DNA of 64,000 nt from Oculina patagonica (taxonomy: Eukaryota), in NCBI RefSeq assembly GCF_052425735.1, contig NC_135766.1:11532001-11596000 (forward strand), given 5' to 3'. Shown one piece after another: positions 1-13,149 of the stretch. The notes under the pieces are model-generated. The model did no database searches. It saw only the letters and a program-made list of their open reading frames with translations, and was not told the DNA's origin. A program made the position numbers and the translations under genes. Positions within the stretch are counted from its first letter, which is position 1; each line of letters starts with the position of its first letter.

Positions 1-239
1 TAAAATTGTCACATGATTGATTCCCACATGTTGCCAGTTTAAACCTGAATATACTTTAGTGACATTTATAGCTATGTTATATGTAATATGAACATCCCAG
101 AACCCAATCAGATAAGGCTACATGTGAATACTGACACTTTATTACATGTAAGTTTTGAAACCATTCTGGGTTCATGACAAAACTATTTTGTTTTGGCATG
201 ATTGTAGATTACCCCGGCACTTTTTTGCATAACTGAAAT

Positions 240-920
240 GACTGCCACCGCAGTCTGCAGTCACCATACAAATATCAAAAATTATTTCATGCTGAACTGA
301 TTTTAATGTCACCGCAGTCCACGGTCCACGGTCCGTCACAAAAAGTTTGGTGTTTAGATTGCCTGCCACTGCGTAGTCACGCATTTCTTGTCTGCCACCG
401 TGGTCCGCAGTCCCATAGTGAACACATGGGACAGAATGTTTTGTGTTTAGAGAGGCCTACTTATTCATTTCGGTTAGCCTAAAATGCACTTTGGTTAGCC
501 TGTTCACGGTTAGCTATCTATATTTGTAAGGGCAACACTATATATTGTTAACATGTAGAATTCTGGGTACACTACGGACTGCGATTTGGTTGCTTGCAGT
601 TAGCCTTTATATTGTGTTCAGGATATCTACTGTTCTTAAATCCACTACGGGACTGCGGACCAGGGTGGCAGGCGATTATAACATTTACTAGCATTTCTTA
701 GAATCGACTACGGGACTACGGGCCCTGGTGGCAGGCGATTAGCAGACTTTGTATTATTTTCAAATAAAACACTATGGGACTGTGGACCGCGGTGGCAGGC
801 AATTATAACAATTAAATCCAATTTTGATGAATGGAATGCATGACTGCCGACTGCGTTATGAGTGAAATATAACTTAACAACAAAATTTCACTGCGGACTG
901 TGGACCACGGGAGCAGATGA
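240..920. repeat. Degenerate array of a ~25-bp motif (GGACTGCGGACCACGGTGGCAG), copies in both orientations
   Basis: Reverse copies at about 242-420 (ctgccaccgtggtccgcagtccc) and forward copies at about 575-915 (gggactgcggaccagggtggcagg), spaced roughly 60 bp apart. Confidence 0.6.
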
Positions 921-1024
921 ATAATGGCGGGGTATTCTACGAAAATATTACGAAAATTTACGAAATTACTATCGCAGACCATAAATTTACTCTAGCACAG
1001 GCTTAAGTGTCTTCAATAGTGTAA

Positions 1025-1264
1025 AGGTCGGGACAACTTATGCGACTTGACAGGTCGCGGCGACAAGTCGCTCCATGTGTACTGCTTACAACTAAGTCGC
1101 TGCAACAAGGTGTTTGTTTGGTGCACAAACAGCTAATTTGGAAGAGGGGGAATGCAAACTAGTTTTCCATATTCAATATGGCGAAAATACATGACGCGCT
1201 CTCAAACTAGGCGACTGTCGCCGCGGCGTGTTGCAGCGACGTGTCGCCTAGTGTGTCCAGACCT
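1025..1264. mobile_element. PIF/Harbinger-like MITE
   Basis: Termini aggtcgggaca...tgtccagacct, flanked by TAA at 1022-1024 and 1265-1267. Confidence 0.55.
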
Positions 1265-1590
1265 TAATGGCAGTTTAATTATAATGTGTGGTTCCAAAAA
1301 TATCCATACCTACCCCAAGATTGGATCCTTCCGACCCCCTGGAACTTTCAGTTTAGCTTCATACTTTATTTTAAAAATTTGGGCTATTGCGCCCTCCCTC
1401 CCCTTCAGAATTTCCATTGACCATCCTTGGGGTGAGTATCAAATTTTCTGGAACCGCACAATGTAGGCATTTACTTATAAAAGTACTGTAAGCTGCAGAT
1501 TTATTCAGACTAATCTATTTTTTAACCTTTTCACATTTTCCTGTTTTCTATGGAATATATAATTATATATTGTTTTTACTGGTTTCACTT

Positions 1591-1591
<1 letters not shown>

Positions 1592-1640
<49 letters not shown>

Positions 1641-4600
1641 CCTTTATTTAATCACGATCTGTCTGGATCGACAAACTGCTGAAATTAAGTTTTTTAAATA
1701 TGGGGTCCATTCTCGCTTTTTTGCAAAACTGCTTGTGGTTGGTAGCGTTATTAAAGTAGCTTGACACAAAATTCCATAAGACTGCACCTCTGTGCTGGAT
1801 TGAGTTCTTTAAAAAGGACGTTGAAAATCGTGGGACAACCGCTTATTTGTGTCCTCTTAGGTTGTAGGGTCCCTGTCTCCACGTTACTAAATTGAAATCG
1901 TTTTAGGAATCTTTTCGATTACAACATTGTAAAACAGCTTAATAAGACTGAGTTTGTATAAATCGAGTATTGAGTCCCACTTAGTGATTTCCATCACCGT
2001 ATCCGATGGTGTGTCCCATGACAAGTTGAAGATAATAGGCCTTATTCTTATTCCCCGACGGCCCTGGGACGAGAGCCTTCTAAACATGAATGCGAGGCTA
2101 ATGCGGGGTACTTTGCTCGGAATTGCAAAGAAACATATGACAAATTGTGACTGGGTTGCCGAAAAACCTTAAAAATTATAAACGCTTTGAGGATCTTGAG
2201 CTAGGAGGTGATCTGCAGGCTAGAGGGATACCAGGGTCAATCAGAAAAATTAGAAGATCTGGTAGAACTGACCGAGAAGACTAACAAATTTCCTTGAAGT
2301 AGTTGAATCGGGGTAGTGCAAGTCAGTCATCGAGTCGCATGGCAATAACCCCAATCTGTTAATATTTGTTTTGATTGTACATCCGACTTGCCAGAGGCAA
2401 TAGACTTAACTTGGAGAGATTTGTATTGCTATTATTTAAAAAAAAGTAAGAATAAATATCTGAAGGCATGCTGCGTATTGACTTCATATTTTGATCGGCA
2501 TATGGACAAAAACAACTGAACGAAATGATGGTGCATTAATTATTTATAAATTCTTTTGCTGTTAAATGCTCTCATTGTTTAGTTAAAAGAATAGCTTTTA
2601 ATTCCACTGAACTGATTTCTTTCACACTCTGACTGCTATTTTTCTGCGCTGCTGCGAAACGTCTTTAAGAGAAATAGTAAATTTAATTAATGTTCTCGAA
2701 CGCCGGTTCAAGCAAACTGGCAAAATCACAAGATCTAAACTTCCAAATTCCTTTCGCCCCTAAATCATCGAATGTTCGAATAAAAGATAATTTTCTCAGC
2801 TCTGTCAAGTGAGAATATCGATAATTTAATGATCATTTAATATTCTTCCACGAAAATAGTCTGAAGCAGAACTGGATGTTTCAAATTAAAATCTCGCACG
2901 CACATTAAGATCGGAAAACTCACTAAATTACAAAGCAATTTACAAATTCGTTTTGGAGCTAACTACACGCAATTTTTGAGTAAAAGGCTAGATTTTCATT
3001 TGGCTCAGGTGATGCTGTTAATCGTTTCACGCTCATTTCATGATCTTGCAGTGAAAAAAGTTATCACAGCGCTAGCTTTTGTTTACGTTTGTTACTGAGA
3101 TATGTGTGCGTGATCAAATTTAATTTAGCATCAAGGAAGTTTAATCCCTCGCTTAAGTCGGATATACACTGAAAATAAACATAACAGATTAGCTGGAAAC
3201 ATAACCTGGTGTTGAAGTTTACTTCGCAAGTATTGCTGACTCGAAACCGTTCCCGACGATTCAGTGTAAATTTGTTAGCCTTCTTGGTCAGTTCTACCAG
3301 ATCTTCTAATTATTTCTGGTTGACACTGGTATCCCTCTAGCCCGCAGGTCACCGTCTAGCTCTAGATCCTCAAAGCGTTTACAATTTGTAAGGTTTTTCG
3401 GCAACCCAGTCGCAATTTTCCATTCGATTTCCATTTTTCTTTGCAATTTTGAGCAAAGTACCCCGCATGAGCCTCGCATTCATGTTCAGAAGGCTCTCGT
3501 CCCAGGGCCGTCGGGGAATACGAATAAGGCCTATTCTCGCTGCCCTGCGATGCAATGTTTCAAGTGCTTGTATGTGGTCAGAGTTGTTACAACCCCCCCC
3601 CCCCCCCCCCCCCCCAGACAATGATGCCATACGTAACAGACGGCAGTATGACTTTGAAATAAAGGTCGAGGAAAGCTCTTCTTTTCAAAAATGAACATTT
3701 TTTCAGCAGGTTTAACTTCTTGGAGAAATTTCTTTTCAGATCTTAAAGGTGTTTCGACCAGGTGAGCTCATGGTCTATGATGACACCCAGCAGCCTTGTG
3801 TGGTGCACCCATGAGATTGTAGTCGAGCCAATTGTGATGAGAGGATGTGGCCCAATGAAAGAACCTCTATGTAACAGCATTGCCTCGCATTTTGTAGAGT
3901 GTGGTGTAAGGGAGTTGGTAACACACCATTCGTTAAGTTCATTAAGTGCTTTGTTAAATATAAGAAGACTACAGGCTTCATCAATAGTTGAGCCGATACA
4001 GTAGACTGTTGTATCGTCAGCGTACAGATATAGGGTGCCCGAAGATACGGCGTCTGGCATGTCGTTGGTATATAGGCTGAGCAGGCACGGACCTAGGACT
4101 GATCCTTGTGGAATGCCACAGGTCACCTTCAGCTTTTTTGACTGGGTAGAGTTCACTACTGTAATCTGCGATCTTTGATTCAGGTAGTCCGTCAACTAAA
4201 ATAAGAGGTGTCCCTCGATCCCAAATCTATGCTTTAGTTTAGATAAAATAATTTTATGGGAAACACAGTCAAATGCCTTTTTGAAATCCACGAAGGCAGT
4301 AGCAACCACTAAATTTCTGTCAAGGGCTTGCCTCCAACATTCCGTGAGATGAACCAGCAATAGTTGGGTCGAGTGGTTCTTGCGGTAAGCCCATTGTTTG
4401 TCAGTGAGTAGACCGTTATCCATGACAAGTTCTACGATTCAAGAATTTTACTTGGTACACTGAGTAAGGAGATGGGTCGGTAATTACTCGTGTCAGTCGT
4501 GTCGTCCTTTTTGAAAACAGGGCATAGGTGTGCCGTCTTCAATTGGTCAAAAACATTGCCTTTCTCAACACTTAGCGAGTACAACTAGGTGAGCGGTGGA

Positions 4601-5286
4601 ACAACTTCTGGTTCAGCTATACGCAATAACTTAGGAGTTATTTGGTCTGGTCCCGTGGCTTTGTTAGTTTTTAGGGCTTTAATTTTGCTCGATATCAGCT
4701 TTTCCGAGATTTGAATGTTAGAGACCGTTTGTATCGTTGTTGCATCTCTGTCATCCCTTTCTGTGGCGATTGCAGGGTTCCTTGAGAGATTTTCACCAAT
4801 GCTTGCGAAAAAAGCATTTATCAAGTTTGCTTTTTCTTCGTCCCGAACAGCGAGAGTGTTATCGTGTCGTTTTAGAGGCCCAATTTGAGGTCTTCTCTTT
4901 GGGTTTGTTGCATCGGAGAGAATCTTCCAATACGCTGCAGTGGATTTCGCAGATTCGATTTTTTCACGGAAGAAGTTTGCTTTCGCTTTTCTTACGTCGG
5001 CGTTTATTACATTCCTGACTTTTTTGTATCTGGCCCAGGCAGTCTCGTCTTTAGTAGCCACAACAGACTTGAATAATTTGTATCGGTAATTCATCTTTCT
5101 TCTCATTTCATTTGTAATCCACGGTGCGCTCTTGCTTCGGATTTTAATCTTTTTTAGAGGTGCATGTTTGTCGCAGATTTCTTTAAAAAGCCAGTTCCAT
5201 GCCCATAGCACATCATCCATATCTTCAAACGTGTTTGCTACATGAAATGATTGTTTGTTTCTTCTTTTTTTCTTGGTAAGAGTCAT
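1592..5286 (-). mobile_element. 5'-truncated, decayed L2/CR1-group LINE (reverse transcriptase ORF2 in fragments)
   Basis: ORF pieces 4585-5286, 4196-4423 and 3743-4195 contain PWIT, KATGPD, DFKKAFD, GIPQGSVLGP and YADDTT; stops and frameshifts lie between them. The 3' end is AATAAA plus a (TTA)n tail at 1592-1650. A MITE interrupts it at 2037-3532. Confidence 0.9.
2037..3532. mobile_element. Non-autonomous DNA transposon with ~270-bp TIRs and 2-bp AT TSD (ISL2EU/PHIS-like)
   Basis: Termini aggccttattc...gaataaggcct with AT at 2035-2036 and 3533-3534. Removing it restores the LINE reading AARIIFNLSWD. Confidence 0.8.
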
Positions 5287-5362
5287 GTATCATTTTCTGC
5301 TTCTCATTTTTGGATTATTTGGGACGCATAAATTAATAATCTCCAAAAAATCACCCAATCAG

Positions 5363-5597
5363 TAGACGTGAAGTCGTAGAGATCGATCGTTAAGTCCGAC
5401 GGGCCGCCATCTTGGTTCATGAACGCAAAAGAAAACTGGGGAGAGTGCAAAAACCCCGTGGGTAGGGATGCGGGGTGTCTGCAGCTTGGAGGTGCGAATT
5501 TTGCACTCTCCCCAGTTTTTCGCTCACGTTCATGAACCAAGATGGCGATCGATCTCTACGACTTCACGGAAAAAGTAGGGGAACGGTGAACAGTCTA
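5363..5597. mobile_element. Palindromic MITE, TAG...CTA termini, 9-bp TSD (Academ-like)
   Basis: TSD cccaatcag at 5354-5362 and 5598-5606; internal inverted repeat cgtgaagtcgtagagatcgatcg. Confidence 0.75.
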
Positions 5598-5677
5598 CCC
5601 AATCAGTAAATAAATCGGTAACATTTTTCCTAGTTGATCATCAACTGGAAATTCATTAACGTAAATGTAAAACGTTT

Positions 5678-5710
5678 GCTCTGACGAAGGGTAATGCTCG
5701 AAACATCAGC
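5678..5710 (+). ncRNA. Degenerate minimal hammerhead-ribozyme motif of a Penelope-like element remnant
   Basis: gct-CTGACGA-agggtaatgctc-GAAAC-atc-agc: hammerhead core boxes with gct/agc closing stem I. Confidence 0.45.
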
Positions 5711-5837
5711 TTTTTAAAATTCACTACTGCGATTTACCAACTTACAATCAACTAAGTGTTTCTCTCTCTCTCTCTCGCCGACGGCGGACGCTGCACAACA
5801 GTTTCTTAAAACTGAAAACCTTGAACATTTGTCTTAC

Positions 5838-7515
5838 CTTCCTTTCCATCCTCCTCTGCCTTTTCCGCCCAAGAGTTAAAAATGCTCCTTTGCTGTTTTT
5901 GATAGAGCATGGCTTCTAAGAGATAATAAATCTTGATACGGTCATGATGTTCCACTGGAAGGAGAAGGTGGTCTGACTTCAAAGAAATGTTCAAGGCAAG
6001 TTCAAAGTTTGGCTTATCAAGTTCAAATCTGTTGAAAGCTGTGATGTATTCTTTGTCCAAAAGAGCTGAAATATCCTTCAGTTTGGACATGAAAAGGTTA
6101 CAAAACCTGTCTCTTGCCTTCTGGTAATCTTTCATGAAAACGGTGCTGTTACCGATGCTCCTTAAAAACTTTCGCATCAACGGATGAATGTCGTAGGAGA
6201 GGACCTTCGCCTTTGGGTCAACCGATACTACTATGCTATTTCGCAAGCCCTCCAGCTGTATAACAGCTTCCGACAAGTCCACCCCGAGGATGGTAGCGGC
6301 TGCTTCGGCAGAGAAAGGGCGGCCACATAACGACACTGAAACGGCACTCTCTTTTAGCCTTTCACTCGGCAGGAAGAAAAACATTTTTCTCAAGCAGTTC
6401 TCTTGTTCTTTGTCAATCCCTTCCTTTTTGTAATCAAATATTTCTCTCTCCTGTGTAACTTTCTCTGTCGGAGGTAATCCCGTTTCTGGGATTCCGATCA
6501 CTGCCTCTTCCTCTATGGTTTCAAGAAGCTTTTTGTCATCTGCTGTCTTCTGCCTTAAGATGGCGGCCATTCCGTTCAGGATAAGGGGATTCCCTCGGCA
6601 CATTTGTACCAACTTATCCCGACTTTGATCTTCTTCGAGGCTACGATTTCCATAGGTTTGAAGTAGTACACTTGAGACCGCTTTATCTAATGCTTTAACT
6701 TCATAATTATCGACAAGAGAATCACCGTGACGAATCGCAGTTCTCGAAGTCAACAAAATCTTCAACTTTGATTTTCCCTGAACACGTTGAAGTCTTCGGA
6801 GAAACGTCATAAAGTTGATATTCTGGTCCTTGGCAGCGTCTCCTTCTCCCCCCGCAAACTGGTCAACATTATCTAGAAGTAACAGCATGTCGCTTTCGTC
6901 GTTTTGCATCAGTTGTTGTATTTGACCGATGACTGGATTTGCTTCATAGCTTACGACCGTTCGCTCTGATTCCGTTAAAGCGTTTAGAACGTGGAAGTGA
7001 ACGCTTTTCATCTCAGTTATTCCTCTAAAGTCGACTTTAAATTTTCTGCCAGGCCACTTTGATAAAGTTTTAATGGCTAGCGTTGTCTTGCCTACCCCAC
7101 TTGATCCATACAAATTCACAACACTCGAACTGCCTGTTGTTAGCTTTGTCATAACTTTCTCTAAGTCGTGAACTCTGCCAGTTAGATCTTCTTTTGTCTT
7201 TACAGCCTTTCGCTGGCGTATTGTTTTGAAGCCTTGGATCTTTTCTTGGATGCTCTCCTTCTTGGTTGTTTTCGGAGTTGAAAACCTCTCTAACAAAGTT
7301 AGATTGTCCTCCGACACGAGACCTTGAGTGGCAAATAAATGCAAACAAGAATATAGATCTCGCTCTTGTTGATCTTCAAATTTGCCTTTAAAATTTCTTT
7401 TAATAGACGAAACGGCAACTTCGAGTTCTTCAGGGCTTAATTCACTTGAAACGTCTTTAAGAAGTTTGTCAAGATCAGGAGAAATCTCTCCTATCGCTGT
7501 TTCGAGCGACGCCAT
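5838..7515 (-). CDS. DED + NB-ARC-type STAND NTPase (NLR/APAF-like immune receptor), first coding exon; later exons not found in the window
   Basis: Starts at ATG 7515 (MASLETAIG). N-terminus is DED-like (LLKDVSSELSPEEL...GLVSEDNLTLLERF). Walker A GSSGVGKTT, Walker B LLLLDNVD, sensor ILLTSR, CRGNPLIL and an MHD-like YDIHPLMR are present. Ends at a GTAAG donor at 5837 (phase 1). Confidence 0.85.
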
Positions 7516-9824
7516 CTTCGCCAAATATATCATGATATGTGGCACCACAATGCAATAAAGTTATGCAGAAGTATAATCAGACATTGTTCATAAAATGATG
7601 AAAACATTCACGCCACCCTCGACCTACAGAGAGCTGTCTTATTTTCCGCATTTAATCTGTACTACAGCTGGTCACAAAGATAAGAAAATTTTAGCACCAA
7701 AGCCATCATCATCCACTCAATTAATTAACTGGTCATGATAAAGAGCATAACCGCGGCAATAATGTTTTGACAAGTGCGAAACACGCAACGCTCAAGGGCA
7801 TAACTGATGAAAATATCTACTAATGATAAAGATGAAATGTTTATTTGTCAAGAGCGTGCATGGGAGAAAGGAAAATATCTGAGTTCCCGATGGGAATCGA
7901 ACCCATGGTAAAAAATCTGTTGTTTTGAGACGACATTTCGGCATTATACTGACGCAAGCACAAGTACAAGCATAACAGCTCTCATTTCACCGTGAAAACG
8001 GCTTTGACGCAAGCATTAGCACAAGGATCAATTTTTTTTTCGTTTTCTTGAGCTTGTTCTTGCGTTCGTGTGAAAACAAAACACCGCATAAGCACAAGAA
8101 AATTGTTTACGTCTGACCATGTCTAGCCAATTACTGAGCACTCGCTTCAAACACCCCCGCGTCTGAGCATTTGAACAAATTAGCGGAGGCAGGACCTTCT
8201 TATTTGATGAAAAGTGCTTTGAAAAGAGTAAATAATAGAAGGTTAAAAATATTAAAATAAATCAGATGTTCATTCAGGGTAACATGGTCCTTTACATAAG
8301 TTTTGGGAAGTATTGAGTGACGATGAAACAGAAGAATTTAATCAAAATTAACGTTGTTAAATCTTATTTAAGAAGCCTGTTCATAAACGTCATACAGCGT
8401 CCGCTTGGTAAATTGTAAACTGGGAGTCATAAAACGGCTTTGTATACCAGTCAGCGAACTCTGCCTACCCTACCCTATAAGGGGTTCAGTGCAGGCGAGA
8501 GACTCCATGATAACTTGCATGCGCATGTAACCTATCCTGGATTCTTGCACTTCTTCCTTCTGGACTCAATATATATTGATATATTTATTTTCCTTTCGGA
8601 CTGCTATGTACTCCAATTCAATTACGAAAAGGAAAAAAGTTTACTGAAGATCTAAGAACACAGTAAAGAAACCTAAATATAAGATTATCCGATTGCAGCT
8701 TTTGCTATGCAACCATGACATTTTACTGTCTGAGTAATTCGAAATTCCATAACATTTCACTGGCGACGGAATCGGAGTCGTAATCGGAAGCGCAGTGTTA
8801 CGATCTAGTGAGCATCAAACAGACGGAGTCGTAAACAAAGTTCAGCTTTCGCTTATGACTTCGTCGCCTATGATCCAGTGAAAACTAGATTGTTGGAGTC
8901 GCAAGCAGAAAGGAAGCACTCGGAGGGTGTGAGAACCAGCATCATGGTTGGTTTGTTTTTCGCTCTTGTCTGCGACTCTGACAATCTAGTTTTCACTAAT
9001 ATATAAGCGACGGAGCCATAAGAGGAATCGAGAGAAAATGGAAACGTTCTGTTTCTTTAGACTCTGATCCCGTAGAGCTTATGAAGATTTATGAGTAAAA
9101 AACGTTTCGAGGGTAAGATTACATCGATGACAGACTTCACATGTCGTAATATGGAAAATTCGAGGCACTTTTTTTCGCTTGATTGACAGTTTCTTTGTTC
9201 TCACGGTGGCTCGCATGACTGCGATTTCTCGGAATTTGTGTTCAACTTCTCGGAAATCATGACTTTTTTTGCAAGTCAAAATTACATCATTATTTGTGCA
9301 CGGTCGTCCCATTTTGTTTAACTTAGCCCTGTTATCACAAAACAACAGGTGATTGCAAGGGTCTTTGGACAGCACATAAATAATTTTATTAACTATGACG
9401 ATTTTTTTTTCAAACTTCGTAAAAGGCAATGTTACATTGGTCTTTATACTGATAAATTTATGCTGACTTATTTAACCATATTCTTCGCAACCGCTTCACT
9501 CGCTTAAAAGCTACCAAATACATAAATAATTTATTTCTTCCTAATAGACGAATACTAACTTTTACAGGACCTAGTCGTCAACCGTATAATTTTAGATAAA
9601 GATAAAGCTGGTTTCCGCACTCTAGCGATCAAAAAAGGCATTTAGCGCCAATGATATATAACTGACTAGGAATCAGCTAGCATTGTACATAAGCACAAAT
9701 AAAATGTCCAGCTAATTACGTCTGCGTCGTTTATAAACACGACCATAGTCTAATTATTGGAAGCTGTCGCTGTTTTCTTAAGTTCAGACATGCTTATGCT
9801 TATGCGCTAGTTCAAAATCAGCTT

Positions 9825-11355
9825 CTATAACTCCTTGCAAAGTTCCACGATGACCGCTGAATCCAAGTAAATCTTGTCAACTCCAACATCTTCAACTTCG
9901 TTGCCAATCCAACTGCCCCCTCCTTCTTTATCGAGAACAAGTTGTTGTTCCGTATTCTGCGCCTTTCGGTAGATTTCAATGAAGGGGATACCAACGCGCC
10001 GTTGACGATAATTTTCTTGCGCCAATCTTCGCTGAGGAGCACCATAGGCCGACTTAACAGGTTTGAAAGACTGCACAGAATTAAATTCGTAAATTTTGTG
10101 AGTTTCAGCGAGTTCCCCGTCTTCGCCAAAGCCATAAGGATAGATCGCAGCAGTCTGATACCTTGACAGTATACTCTTTAACTCGCACTTCCATTGCTTA
10201 TTAACTAACAAGTCGAACAATGTTTTGTCTTCTCCTTTAAGCAAATGTGGCTGCAGACCTTTTGAGATGTACTTGTGTTTTAAAAGCAATCCAACTTTCG
10301 GCGAAGAACGTTGCCTTTGACTTTGAATCTTCTTAAGCTCGATGTCCACATTAGCAAGAGCTTTCGAGCTTAAGGAGGGACTTTCTGCACTGCATTCGAA
10401 ATGCTCGTCAAGATAAACAGTGTCTTCGGACTCACGGCTGCTAATAATATCGTGATAGCTTGGCGACCATTGTGAGGTGATAATGTTGTAAGTGATGGTA
10501 ACTCTGTGTCCTTTGAGGACAGGTTTGACTTCATGAATGCAGTCGCTGTAAAATGCGGCCCACTGAATTCTGCTCGTGTCTCCGGAGTACTGCGAAAAGT
10601 CAAAGACGTGTTGCAAGCCGTCATGGTTAACAAGCAACTCACCGCCTTTGTGAGGCGAAGGAAGACAAACGACCAGAGTTCCGATCCTATTATGCACCTA
10701 TCATTTAAGCCCGAGAGGGGGGGGGGGGGGGGGAAAGGAGTTGCGTATCATGCTGTGATCAGATGGACTGTCGACGTGGCGGTTTGGGTTCTTTTGGGTT
10801 TGGGGGGGGGAAATTTTTTTTTAAAAAAAAGGCAAAAACCCTCCTTCGCCGTAAACGTTGACTTTATAGAGAACCAGCTCTACATGCCTGCCAGGAGCAA
10901 GTTTATCCTCGATATGTGCTTTGATGGGTTCCATTCCAGGATGTCTTCTTATTCGGAGCCTCGCTGATTCAATCTCGTAGGCCAGACGAACCTCGGGATC
11001 AAGCACTGTTTTCATTTCTTTTATGTCTCCAAACGGTGCGGGATTGCAGTATTCCAGCAGTTCATCTAAAGGAAGATTTGGCAAGGTGAATGCTTCCCAG
11101 TTTATACTTTCTGCTTTTGTTGCTTCACTTCTAAAACGCAATTCTCCATATCTGATGGCCGTAAACTTCCTCTACAGCAGAACAAGGGTTTGGATAAAGC
11201 ATGCTTGAGACTATCGATAAGTGGATCGCAAATTTTGATCTCTTCTTTGAAACGATACGTTTCTTTGATATGATGACTGTTAACTACATAGCCCAATGGA
11301 CGGAGTTTTCTACTTCTTGCTCGTATTCAAGAGATCTATGGTCGGTTTCCTTTGG
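9825..11355 (-). pseudogene. 2OG-Fe(II) dioxygenase copy 1 (disrupted)
   Basis: Split over ORFs 11102-11296, 10821-11141 and 9825-10697. The start-codon segment is deleted relative to copy 2. Two homopolymer-rich insertions (about 10683-10745 and 10787-10833) flank the HxD codons. Confidence 0.85.
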
Positions 11356-11507
11356 AATTTGGAGTTGCGACAACCTCTTTGGTGGTTATTTAGAAAACGA
11401 GTTACTTCTAATTGACAGGTAGAGTCGCGTGTCTATTATCTTGACGCAAAGTAGCGTCACGCGATTCTACTAGCCAACCAGGTGTAGCTGGGAATTCTTA
11501 GAAAATA

Positions 11508-11936
11508 CAGTGCCGTAGCAAGGGGAGGGGCCGGGGGGGCCCGTGCCCTCCCCAGTTTTTTTCCCAAAAAGTAAAAAACAGACCTGTATAAAATGTTGAA
11601 AATAAAATTTTATCTCCCGAGAAGTTTGAATCAATAACATTTGTACTTCTTTTCATTTTCAATGTACGTAGGAAAATAATATAAAAGCCAAAAACTAAAA
11701 CAAATCAGAAATCGTGACAACAATGTGAAAACAATGTCTCAAAAATGTCTCAAATTTGCGATATGCGTAAATCACAAATAGCTCTTGGAGAACGCTGGAA
11801 ATAGCATTTCCAAGCCTCTAGATTTCAAAATTTTCGGGGGGAGCATGCCCCCAAACCGCCCTAGCAGCTCGCGCCTCCAGCGCTCGTGTGCCCCCCCCCC
11901 CCCCCCCCCACTTATTTTACCCTTGCTACGGCACTG
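11508..11936. mobile_element. MITE with 17-bp TIR CAGTGCCGTAGCAAGGG and 5-bp TSD (hAT5-like)
   Basis: TSD aaata at 11503-11507 and 11937-11941; empty site visible in the paralogous spacer near 15282. Confidence 0.9.
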
Positions 11937-13149
11937 AAATAGGTACATTGCTTCCGCCGGAAATAGCTACCAATTCCAAGAAAGGACGAACCTTGTTTAC
12001 GCCGGATGTACAAGGACTGAGCCAAAAACAAACAACTAACCACGAGCTTCTGTTTGCAAAATCTATAACCGTCTATGTTTCACGTTATGCGTCAGATTGC
12101 CATTGCATTTTGATTGTTGTAATCGTCATTTTTTGGATTTTAGATTTGTAAATGTATCCACAAGAGAAATAAAACAATTTACGTTTTTAATGTAAGATAG
12201 CTGCGCGTTGATATGAAGATTCGTTACGAAATCATGCTCTAAAATGATTATTTAAGGAGTTTGACTGTTTGGAGTTGTCATTTGATGGCATCTCCGTTTT
12301 TGGTCCACTTCAATCTCGGAATTTTACGTTAGCATTATGCCTGATCCATGTTTAGTACGTTACTTGTATTATCTATTAAGGCCCTTTATGTCTGTAAACA
12401 TCAGGTTTCAGATTCTCAATATACATACACTTTTTTTTTTTTTCATTTATTTTCTTTACTTTATTATTATGTATTTTTCCGTGTATTGGGATGTTCCATC
12501 TTCCTGGTTTTATTGACGGCTGAAATTTAATGCCATTTTCGTTTCATTGCTTGCATGATTAACAGTTTCTTTGTTCTCTGGTTACCTGCATGACAACAGA
12601 TGTTTCTCGGAATTTGCATTCAACTTCTCGGAAACTATAGCAGAAAATTCTTTTTGCGAGATTTTAAAATCCTGTTTGTAATCCAAACTTGCATAATTAA
12701 TAATCTACTGGTAACATAGGATTTTGTGCTACCTCTTTCCATTTATAATAATGATACTTGATAATTCTGCGCGGTCGTCCAGTTTGCAATCGCATATTAT
12801 ACAGACATAATAAGACTCCATAACAGACAACTGCGTGTTTGCACCAATTAGTCTTAAAGTAAAAATAACATCGTTTAGTATACTACTATCTACGGATCCT
12901 AGCTGTCATTGTATAATTAAAACATGGCCATGGTTTTTACGGCAAACAGTAAAAGCATATTGTTAGCAGAAAAAGATACAAGCTTAAATTAAAAGCAGTG
13001 TTGAGAGGACAACATGAAATATCGACTATTGCAATGATTTGAGCATGTTTTTCTTTGTAAATCACAACATATACATAAGCATAAGCTAAAAAATAACGAG
13101 ATTTCGTGTTGGACATACTAATTAATAATGCTATAGTAAAAATCAGCGT

